Origin: Candidatus Saccharimonadales bacterium
Lineage (GTDB): Bacteria; Patescibacteriota; Saccharimonadia; Saccharimonadales; JAYRRP01
Reading direction: 5' to 3'
Length of the DNA: 64,000 bases
Assembly: GCA_041910055.1 (NCBI GenBank)
Contig: JAYRRP010000004.1
Location: 2,678-66,677 of the forward strand
The notes beneath the pieces were generated by a model, which saw nothing but the letters and a program-made list of their open reading frames with translations, was not told the DNA's origin and searched no databases. Of this stretch, positions 46,639-54,383 are shown piece after piece (within the stretch, counting starts at the first letter, position 1; each line of letters opens with the position of its first letter). A program made the translations under genes and the position numbers.

Positions 46639-47781
46639 TCAAGTAATAACTCGGGCGATAGCGGGGATCAGCCTATCGTCAAATACATGAGGAATAATTT
46701 GTTGAGGTGAGGGTTTAGCCACTAGTTTAGCGATTGCTTCGGCTGCCTTGATCTTGTGTTGATCGGTGATTGAACTGACTTGGTGATCGAGTGCACCGCG
46801 GAAAATACCTGGAAACGCAAGCGCATTATTCACTTGATTATCAAAATCACTGCGTCCTGTGGCGACTATAGCTGCTCCAGCTGCTTTTGCCTCATCGGGC
46901 ATAATCTCTGGAGTGGGATTTGACAGGGCAAAAATTATTGGCTTTTTGCTCATGACTGAAATGTCAGCTTTTTTTAACATGCCTGGTTGGCTCACTCCGA
47001 TGACGATATCCGCCTCATGCAGAGCTTCATGCAGCGTACGTGGCATTAAGTGGTCAGGTGGAGGCTTACAGTATGAAGCGAGCAAGCGCTTTTCATTTGT
47101 TAAAGTATCGCGGGTTGCATCTATTACACCTTTTGAGTCAATTGCGATGATATCTGGATTTGCATATTTATGAAGTAACTTGGCGATAGCAACTCCAGCG
47201 GCACCGGCACCGATAAGGACAATACGGCAACTGGCTAGTGATTTTTTGACGACTTTGGTTGCATTTATCAGACCGGCAAGTACGACAACAGCTGTCCCAT
47301 GTTGGTCATCATGCATGACCGGAATAGACAGTGCATGTTTAAGGCGCTCCTCCACTTCAAAACAAGTTGGCGCAGCAATATCCTCCAGATTAATACCGCC
47401 AAAGCTCGGCGCGATGGCGGTGACAGCTGCCACTATTTCGTCTGGTTTGTGTACATCTAGAACAATTGGCACCGCGTCAATATTGGCGAAGTACTTGAAC
47501 AACATTGCTTTGCCTTCCATGACCGGTAAGGCACCCTGCGGACCGATATTACCTAGCCCCAAAACGGCTGACCCATCACTGATGATTGCTACGCAATTGT
47601 GAGTCCAGGTGTAATCTCTAGTTTCGCTTGGATGGGCCGCCGTGTAACGTGATACCTCGGCTACTCCCGGGGTGTAATAAATGCTTAATTTCTCTTGCGT
47701 GTCTAGCTTATCTTTTAAGGATAAAGCAATTTTGCCACCCAATTTTTTGTGTTGTTGCAAGGCCTTTTTTGCGTAATCCAT
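46639..47781 (-). CDS. NAD(P)-dependent malic enzyme (short form)
   Basis: YTPGVA, VISDGSAVLGLGNIG and LIGAGAAGVAIA motifs. 380 aa. Confidence 0.9.
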   Translation of the reverse strand: MDYAKKALQQHKKLGGKIALSLKDKLDTQEKLSIYYTPGVAEVSRYTAAHPSETRDYTWTHNCVAIISDGSAVLGLGNIGPQGALPVMEGKAMLFKYFANIDAVPIVLDVHKPDEIVAAVTAIAPSFGGINLEDIAAPTCFEVEERLKHALSIPVMHDDQHGTAVVVLAGLINATKVVKKSLASCRIVLIGAGAAGVAIAKLLHKYANPDIIAIDSKGVIDATRDTLTNEKRLLASYCKPPPDHLMPRTLHEALHEADIVIGVSQPGMLKKADISVMSKKPIIFALSNPTPEIMPDEAKAAGAAIVATGRSDFDNQVNNALAFPGIFRGALDHQVSSITDQHKIKAAEAIAKLVAKPSPQQIIPHVFDDRLIPAIARVIT

Positions 47782-47873
47782 GATTAATATAGTACTGCGT
47801 TTTTACAGGAATTGTGTATTTTTACCTTACAAGAGTTGAAAAAATGTGCGAATTCATGTAAAGTCTACTCGTT

Positions 47874-48371
47874 ATGCAATCTGTTCTTGTGAAATTGGGA
47901 GACCATTATAAAAAGTCGGCCACGCCTCAGGTACAATCTGGCGACACGGTACGTGTTCATCAGAAGATTCGTGAAGGTAATAAAGAGCGTACTCAGATAT
48001 TTGAAGGGCTGGTGATTCGAACTGGAAAAATGAACAGCCAAACTGCTCGGATTACTGTTCGGCGTGTGGCCAGTGGTATAGGTGTTGAGAAGTCCTATTT
48101 ACTACATTCACCATTGGTGCTTAAAGTTGAGGTAGTGAAGCGGAGCAAGGTCCGCCGTAATTATTTGAGCTATATGCGAGCTCGCACTGGAAAAGCGGCC
48201 AGGTTAGCATCTGTCGACTTCGACCGTGAGACAGTTAATAAGTTGGTCGCGCAAGATGAACCAGCTGCTGTTAAGGGACAACCAGCGGATAGCAGTGGTC
48301 AAGCTACAGCCACTGACGTGAAACAATCCAAAGAAGAAAACGCCCAAGTCCAGTCCGCTAAAGTTAGATGA
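47874..48371 (+). CDS. rplS: 50S ribosomal protein L19 with a ~55-aa C-terminal extension
   Basis: GDTVRVHQKIREGNKERTQIFEGLVI...VRRNYLSYMR L19 core. Polar, acidic tail. Confidence 0.92.
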   Translation: MQSVLVKLGDHYKKSATPQVQSGDTVRVHQKIREGNKERTQIFEGLVIRTGKMNSQTARITVRRVASGIGVEKSYLLHSPLVLKVEVVKRSKVRRNYLSYMRARTGKAARLASVDFDRETVNKLVAQDEPAAVKGQPADSSGQATATDVKQSKEENAQVQSAKVR

Positions 48372-48401
48372 TTTTTTAGGCTAGCAGAAGAAAAGTACAA
48401 C

Positions 48402-48800
48402 CTAGGGAGTAGGGTTTGTTGTAGCCCGATTGGCGAGTCGCCGGAACGCCTCGTCAGGGAGTTGGTTCAAAATTAGGTTATTTGCAAATTGTTCGCCTTG
48501 CCACATATTTGCCCCCTGCCATAAATCTTCGCTTGTATGCTCATAAGTCGCTTCTTCGAGATGCATGGCCATTTCTTCAGATGTAGAACCTAGTGGCTGA
48601 TAATGAAACTGATTGGCTAAATTATAAAGTTCTTCACCTGAAAGAGATTTTAGAGTCGGTAAGACGGCTTCATAAAAATATACAAGTTCTGTGTCTTGCC
48701 AGTAACGATTCATCACTTTCGCGCTGATCGGATATTTTAAATACTGCTCAGGCACTGCTTCGGGCAGATGTGTAGTTTCTGATTGAGGACTTGACTCCAT
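48402..48800 (-). CDS. Hypothetical acidic protein (132 aa)
   Basis: ORF with SD AAGGA upstream. No recognisable motif. Convergent with rplS. Confidence 0.55.
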   Translation of the reverse strand: MESSPQSETTHLPEAVPEQYLKYPISAKVMNRYWQDTELVYFYEAVLPTLKSLSGEELYNLANQFHYQPLGSTSEEMAMHLEEATYEHTSEDLWQGANMWQGEQFANNLILNQLPDEAFRRLANRATTNPTP

Positions 48801-48860
48801 CGATAAATCCTTAAGTGAGACTTATTTTACCACAAAAGTAAGTTGTGCTTTACTGGCCAC

Positions 48861-49424
48861 ATGGTAATTGGCGTAGATGAGGCGGGCAGAGGTGCATGGG
48901 CAGGTCCGCTTGCCGCAGCTGCCGTCGTATTGAAGTCGCCAATAGTTGGTATAAAAGATTCAAAACTACTGACATCTAGTCAACGTTTTCGCTATGCTGA
49001 ACAGATTATGACGCAAGGGATATGGGCGCTGGGCTGGACCGAAGCCTGGCAGATTGATAAATGGGGAATGACTGAAGCAGTTCGCTTCGCTATGCGTCAG
49101 GCGTTACTCGGAGTAGTGGCCCAAATAGAAGAGTATCAGCAGGTTATTGTTGACGGGCCATATAATTTTCTAGGAGATATGCCAAAAACGACCGCGGTCG
49201 TAAAAGCTGACACTTATTTGCCTTGTGTCAGTGCAGCCGGAATTATTGCCAAAACTCACCGAGACCTCTACATGCAAAATGTCGCGGAACAGTATCCGCG
49301 GTTTGGCTTTGATAAGCATGTTGGTTACGGTACTGCCCATCATCGGAAAATGATTGGTATCTACGGTCCAACTCCTATCCATCGTCAGTCGTTTCGTCCA
49401 ATCGCGGGAATGCAAAGTCAATGA
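48861..49424 (+). CDS. rnhB: Ribonuclease HII
   Basis: MVIGVDEAGRGAWAGPL (DEAGRG) catalytic motif. Start moved from GTG 48843 to ATG 48861 (TGcTTTACT + 6 nt). Confidence 0.9.
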   Translation: MVIGVDEAGRGAWAGPLAAAAVVLKSPIVGIKDSKLLTSSQRFRYAEQIMTQGIWALGWTEAWQIDKWGMTEAVRFAMRQALLGVVAQIEEYQQVIVDGPYNFLGDMPKTTAVVKADTYLPCVSAAGIIAKTHRDLYMQNVAEQYPRFGFDKHVGYGTAHHRKMIGIYGPTPIHRQSFRPIAGMQSQ

Positions 49425-49762
49425 ACACTAGCCTTGCCGGTCAAAAAGCTGAGACGGCTGTCATACGTTATCTAGAAAACAAACGGTATCAGTTGTTGGC
49501 GCGAAACTGGCGCACGCGGGTTTGTGAGATTGATCTGGTCATGAAAAAGAAGAAGACAGTCGTTTTTGTTGAGGTAAAGTACCGTTCTCAATCATTACAG
49601 GGAAGAGGTTTTGATTACATAACTCCACAGAAGTTACGACAGATGCGTTTTGCAGCCGAAACATGGGTATACCAACATGACTGGAAGGGTGAGTGGTTGC
49701 TGGCGGCCGCAGAAGTTACTGGCCCTGACTACGAAATTGATTTTATTGATCTGGTAACGTAA
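49421..49762 (+). CDS. yraN: YraN-family (UPF0102) endonuclease-like protein
   Basis: GEIDLV...VFVEVKYR PD-(D/E)xK-like core. ATGA overlap with rnhB, the conserved pairing. Confidence 0.85.
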   Translation: MNTSLAGQKAETAVIRYLENKRYQLLARNWRTRVCEIDLVMKKKKTVVFVEVKYRSQSLQGRGFDYITPQKLRQMRFAAETWVYQHDWKGEWLLAAAEVTGPDYEIDFIDLVT

Positions 49763-52337
49763 GTTCAAAGAATCGCTTGACTTCTTTTTGATCTCGTTGT
49801 CTCCATGACGTTTGCCACTGTAGCATCTCAAGGCCTTGTTGATAGGGACGTTCCAGGGCAGCGTTCAGATGCTTACCAAAAAAATCCTTGTATTGTGTAA
49901 TGAATTGGCTAGTAGAAGACACTCTCGCAACGTACAAGGGCATTCGGTAAAAACTAAGATCAGTGCCGAGGTTTGTTTCGAGCCATTGCCAATGTGAGGT
50001 TAACCAGTCCCAGGCTTGCAGGCGAGCATGACGATTCATAAAACTATAGGCAACCCAATACGAAACGTCTTGGTGTCGAACATGGGGGGAAGTAATCAAC
50101 GAGAGGGCTTCGTCAATTAGCTCAGGTTGTTTAAAGCTAGTCAGGGCAGCGGCCAACGTATTGCGTTCTTCGCTCAAACTTACCTTATCATATAGTTCTC
50201 GCAGTGCTTCAAATGTTGTGTGGTCACCGTGGCGTGCAACATTGCAAAAAACAATGCCTCTTAGGTCAGGGTCTATGCCGATTACCTTGGACGTTTGCAT
50301 GGAGTGAATAGATTGATCAAAGAGTCTGCGGCATTGCTCCAGGACTTCTTGATTATCAGCAACGGCGGATAAACTGAGAATAGTTGGTCGTAAGAGTTGG
50401 TCGAAATGTGACTCATTTTTTGATTTTTTCCAACCTAAGCGTGTATATTGGCGCGACACTAGATTTCGCGTAAAGGGCTTCATTTGTTCGCGGATATCCT
50501 GAAAGTCGCCCATTATGGCTCTAATTGAGGCTAATGCTGCCGAGATGATATCCCATACCGCATAATTATCTTCATTTGTAAAATAGCGGAGGAGATGTAG
50601 TGCCTCTGCGGTGTCAGCATTCCCAGCCTTGGCAGTTTCAAAGGCGTCACTCAGTATACTGAGGCGATCCAGTGGTGAGAAATGTCCACGCTGTACTTGT
50701 TCGCCCAGATGTTCAAGATGAGTGGCATTATAAGTAACCCGGTAAAATCCACTTTGGCCAGCATTAAGTTTTAAAGCGTGTGGATCGGCAAGAGAGTAAT
50801 GGCCTGACACAGAAGTAAGCATATCGGGCAGAGCGGTGGTGTTGGCGAGAAGTGGGATTGGCCACGTCATATCAGGTAGCTCAGAATGCTTTGGGTTAAT
50901 CAGAAAACGTCGTTGTTTGAGCTTCAATTGTTTTTCGTCCACCTCGGCTACGAGTAAAGGGAAACCGGCTTGCGAGGTCCAGGCCTGCATAATGCGTGTT
51001 ACTGGCTTAGACGAGATATCTTCCAAAGATTGCCATAAATCTTCGGTTCGCGCGTTACTAAAAGCGTGTTTCTTTAGATAATAACGCAGTCCTTCGCGAA
51101 AATCGTGTGGGCCTAGGTAGCGGTATAGCATATGAATTACGCTGGCTCCCTTGCTGTAGCTGATGGTGTCAAAAATTGTGCGTATTTCATCAGGATGATC
51201 AACATTGACTTCTACCGGATGGGTGTGCTCGAGGGCATCTAATTTTAAGCCTTGCTGTTGTTCGTCAATAATAAACTGAGTCCACATCTGCCAGTCAGGG
51301 AAGAATTTATCGACAGCGAGATATTCGATCCAGCTGGCAAATCCTTCATTCAGCCATAAATCAGTCCACCATTCCATCGTCACGAGGTTACCAAACCACT
51401 GGTGGGCTAGTTCATGGGCTACCACCATCGCTACGTATTGTTTGTTCGAAAGAGTAGAATTTACAGGATCAACGAGCAAGGTTTGTTCTCTAAACGTAAT
51501 ACATCCCCAATTTTCCATTGCGCCCGACGCAAAATCCGGCAAGGCTACCAAGTCACATTTGGGAAGGGGATAATCAGTGGCAAAGTAGCTGTCAAAAAAA
51601 TCAAGGCACTTTACTGCCACAGAAAGTGCAAATTTTGTAAACTCTTCATTACCGGGAGTTGCGTAAGTGCGGACTTTCACACTTTTCTTAGTGGTAGCCT
51701 GTAGATATTTCATCTCACCAATGACGAATGCCAGTAAGTAAGAAGACATACGTGGGGTGGTGGCAAACTCACTTTCCGTGACGTCTTTCTTATGCTGCTG
51801 TGATACCAGGGGTGTATTAGCGATGACTGTCAAATCTTTTGGTGCGATAAGTTTGAGGTCAAAGGTGGCTTTGGCAGCTGGTTCGTCGATACAGGGGAAT
51901 ACTTCCCGGGCATGGTGACTCTCAAACTGGGTAGCAATGAGCTTCTTGTGCATCCCTTGATGAGTAAAGAGGCAAGGATAAATGCCATTCATCTGGGGTG
52001 TAATGGTTCCCTTAAAATGCAGAGTGACAGTATAACGTCCGGGTGGCATCATAATTTTAGAATGTAAGCGAACTTCATCGTAACCTTTGTGATAATTGAT
52101 GCGGTCTATGGTTATTTCTTTATCGTCATTTTTGGTGTGTGCCATAACATGAACGTTCGAAATAGACAGCCCTTTTTGGTGAAAAGTGAGCCGTTGGCTG
52201 GGCCGCTGTTTTTTTAGGCCGCTGATAATCACAGAGCCCGAAAAGGTCATTGTCTTGGGTTGGATGTGAAGTTCAAGAATGTAGTGGCGCGGTTCAAATT
52301 GCGAGTGTAAGCGTCTTACCTTTTTTCCCATGAACAT
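49743..52337 (-). CDS. pepN: M1-family aminopeptidase N
   Basis: GAMENWG exopeptidase motif and HELAHQWFGN-x18-E zinc site. The start may be the third codon (ATG 52331). Confidence 0.93.
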   Translation of the reverse strand: MFMGKKVRRLHSQFEPRHYILELHIQPKTMTFSGSVIISGLKKQRPSQRLTFHQKGLSISNVHVMAHTKNDDKEITIDRINYHKGYDEVRLHSKIMMPPGRYTVTLHFKGTITPQMNGIYPCLFTHQGMHKKLIATQFESHHAREVFPCIDEPAAKATFDLKLIAPKDLTVIANTPLVSQQHKKDVTESEFATTPRMSSYLLAFVIGEMKYLQATTKKSVKVRTYATPGNEEFTKFALSVAVKCLDFFDSYFATDYPLPKCDLVALPDFASGAMENWGCITFREQTLLVDPVNSTLSNKQYVAMVVAHELAHQWFGNLVTMEWWTDLWLNEGFASWIEYLAVDKFFPDWQMWTQFIIDEQQQGLKLDALEHTHPVEVNVDHPDEIRTIFDTISYSKGASVIHMLYRYLGPHDFREGLRYYLKKHAFSNARTEDLWQSLEDISSKPVTRIMQAWTSQAGFPLLVAEVDEKQLKLKQRRFLINPKHSELPDMTWPIPLLANTTALPDMLTSVSGHYSLADPHALKLNAGQSGFYRVTYNATHLEHLGEQVQRGHFSPLDRLSILSDAFETAKAGNADTAEALHLLRYFTNEDNYAVWDIISAALASIRAIMGDFQDIREQMKPFTRNLVSRQYTRLGWKKSKNESHFDQLLRPTILSLSAVADNQEVLEQCRRLFDQSIHSMQTSKVIGIDPDLRGIVFCNVARHGDHTTFEALRELYDKVSLSEERNTLAAALTSFKQPELIDEALSLITSPHVRHQDVSYWVAYSFMNRHARLQAWDWLTSHWQWLETNLGTDLSFYRMPLYVARVSSTSQFITQYKDFFGKHLNAALERPYQQGLEMLQWQTSWRQRDQKEVKRFFELTLPDQ

Positions 52338-52361
52338 TAGTCTAGCATGGGTAGTCGCAGG

Positions 52362-52390
52362 TTGACATTTTGGCGTTTGTTTATTACAAT
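52362..52390 (+). promoter_or_regulatory. Consensus-like sigma70 promoter of nusA
   Basis: TTGACA (52362-52367), 17 nt, TACAAT (52385-52390). Confidence 0.65.
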
Positions 52391-52414
52391 CTAAGAGCTG
52401 TTACAGAAGTAGTG

Positions 52415-52443
52415 ATCCGGCCAGTCATAAGGTCGGATTTTTT
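52415..52443 (+). terminator. Intrinsic terminator/attenuator inside the nusA leader
   Basis: AUCCGGCC-agucauaa-GGUCGGAU (8 bp including one G-U) followed by a run of six T (52438-52443, counting the last stem base). Lies between the promoter and the SD AAGGAAGGA. Confidence 0.6.
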
Positions 52444-52477
52444 GATGTATTTTTAGTAAAAAGGAAGGAATATAGAT

Positions 52478-53653
52478 ATGGAATTAGACATGAAACAACT
52501 AGCGACGGCAGTGCGGGTAATTGCAGAAGAAAAAAACTTACCAGAAGCCACTGTTCAGGAAACTGTAGAACAAGCCTTGGCAGCGGCCTACAGGCGCGAC
52601 TATGGCGAGAGAGAACAAGAAGTCAGAGTAACTATGAACTTAAATACCGGTGAAGTGGATGCCTATGTGGAGAAGGAAATAGTAGAGAAAGTAGAGGATC
52701 CACGTTCAGAAATTACGCTGGGAAAGGCACAAACCCTTCAGAAAAATGCGAAGTTGGGTGACATGGTTGAGGTACACGAAAAGGTTGAGGAATTTGGCCG
52801 TGTAGCCGCCCAAACGGCGAAACAGGTAATTCTACAACGGCTTCGGGAGGCAGAACGCGAAATTGTAGTAGCTGAATTTGATGACAAAATCGGTACAGTG
52901 GTCAATGGGATAGTCTCAAGGGTTGAGGGTAATATTGTCAGGATAGACCTGGGAAAAGCTCAAGGTATTATGCCCAAAGGTGACCAGATACAAGGCGAGC
53001 GCTACTATCCTGGGCAACGACTGAAGGTCTACCTGAAAGACATTGAACGAGGCTTCCGTGGTCCACAATTAGTAGTCAGTCGGGGCAATACACAGTTCAT
53101 TGAATGGCTTTTTAAGGCTGAGGTACCGGAGATGGAGAACGGTGCAGTGGAAATTAAGGAAATAGCGCGTGAAGCGGGAGTTCGTACTAAGCTGGCCGTG
53201 CATAGTACAGTGCCAGGAGTTGATCCAGTTGGTACATTTGTAGGTGGACATGGTACTCGCGTGAATGCGGTGGTAAGCGAGATTGGTGAGCAGGAAAAGA
53301 TAGATATTGTGGTCTGGAACGAGAACCCGGTTACATATATTACAAACGCTTTAAGCCCTACTAAAGTTATTAATGTAAGCCTGGATAAGAATGCGAAGAA
53401 AGCGGCTGTCACAGTTCCGGATGACCAGTTGAGTATTGCAATTGGCAAAAGTGGCCAGAATGTCCGTTTAGCGAGTAAGCTAACGGGTTACGAAATTGAT
53501 ATTGAGGCGGAAAATGAAGCGACACGACGAAGTAAAAAAGAAGAGAAGGCTCCTGTTGCTAAAAACAGCCCAGTGCCCAAGCTAAAAAAGAAAGAACAGC
53601 TTGAAAGTAGCTTACTAGAGGCAATTGAAGAACACGGCGAAGAAAAGGCGTAA
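52478..53653 (+). CDS. nusA: Transcription termination/antitermination factor NusA
   Basis: N-terminal domain, S1 domain (VNGIVSRVEGNIVRIDLG), two KH domains (GKSGQNVRLASKLTGYEIDI). Confidence 0.95.
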   Translation: MELDMKQLATAVRVIAEEKNLPEATVQETVEQALAAAYRRDYGEREQEVRVTMNLNTGEVDAYVEKEIVEKVEDPRSEITLGKAQTLQKNAKLGDMVEVHEKVEEFGRVAAQTAKQVILQRLREAEREIVVAEFDDKIGTVVNGIVSRVEGNIVRIDLGKAQGIMPKGDQIQGERYYPGQRLKVYLKDIERGFRGPQLVVSRGNTQFIEWLFKAEVPEMENGAVEIKEIAREAGVRTKLAVHSTVPGVDPVGTFVGGHGTRVNAVVSEIGEQEKIDIVVWNENPVTYITNALSPTKVINVSLDKNAKKAAVTVPDDQLSIAIGKSGQNVRLASKLTGYEIDIEAENEATRRSKKEEKAPVAKNSPVPKLKKKEQLESSLLEAIEEHGEEKA

Positions 53654-53770
53654 AGAATATTTTCTTATCGTTTTTTTGTCGTTCTCAATTCTTAGGACTT
53701 GCACACGGGGTGTATAATTTTAAGTGTAGTAGTTATTAAAAAATAAAAGTATTTTACTTAGGTTAAATCT

Positions 53771-54325
53771 ATGTTTGCCCAAAATAGCATGCCAATGGTT
53801 CACAAGTGGGAAGTAAAGAAGAATTTTATTCAACCTGAGCAAGCCCGCCGGGTTGGAGAACAAGCACTTTTACTTAGTATGTTAGACGAAACCCGTCTGC
53901 GACATTTCGAAAAAGTTGATGATTTCCCGCAACAGATAGCCCTTGGGCGCGTACTTTCTGAAGCTAGTGAGGATAGGTTCAGAATAAACGCAGATGAACT
54001 TCAAGACTTATCCAAGCTGCACGATAAGGCGGTGGAAGAAGGCTATGGAGCTAATTTACTTTCTATTAGAAGGTTAGATGTGGGGAGTGATCATACTGGG
54101 CGCGAAATATTTCCAGGTACACACTTGACTGTGAATTGCATTGGCGAAGCAGCTTTGCGTGTCTATGAGCATGTAGGACCGCTCTCAGAGGTTCCACCAG
54201 AAGTTACTTTGGAGCCGGGGGATGCTTATATTACACACAACCCCATACGAGATAAGCCGGCTACTCATCTACGCAACTTGTCTAGCCATCACGAGCATAT
54301 ATCTGTTACTATCACACAGATATAG
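53771..54325 (+). CDS. Hypothetical protein (184 aa)
   Basis: ORF in the nusA-clpC gap. AT-rich upstream region, no clear SD. No recognised motif. Confidence 0.55.
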   Translation: MFAQNSMPMVHKWEVKKNFIQPEQARRVGEQALLLSMLDETRLRHFEKVDDFPQQIALGRVLSEASEDRFRINADELQDLSKLHDKAVEEGYGANLLSIRRLDVGSDHTGREIFPGTHLTVNCIGEAALRVYEHVGPLSEVPPEVTLEPGDAYITHNPIRDKPATHLRNLSSHHEHISVTITQI

Positions 54326-54329
54326 TAAA

Positions 54330-54356
54330 TTAGCACTCTTGACTCGTGAGTGCTAG
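54330..54356 (+). promoter_or_regulatory. CIRCE (HrcA operator) inverted repeat
   Basis: TTAGCACTC-ttgactcgt-GAGTGCTAg versus the consensus TTAGCACTC-N9-GAGTGCTAA, 17/18 matches. Confidence 0.8.
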
Positions 54357-54366
54357 TTGATATGAT
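54339..54366 (+). promoter_or_regulatory. clpC promoter overlapping CIRCE
   Basis: TTGACT (54339-54344, in the CIRCE spacer), 16 nt, TATGAT (54361-54366). ATG at 54384. Confidence 0.55.
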
Positions 54367-54383
54367 AGTTATAGCGGCTTTTA

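Noticed and set aside
46859-47602. Two + strand ORFs (104 and 140 aa) opposite the malic enzyme gene
   Set aside because: These are Ala/Ser/Thr-rich shadow frames of a GC-richer gene. The malic enzyme motifs on the minus strand are unambiguous.
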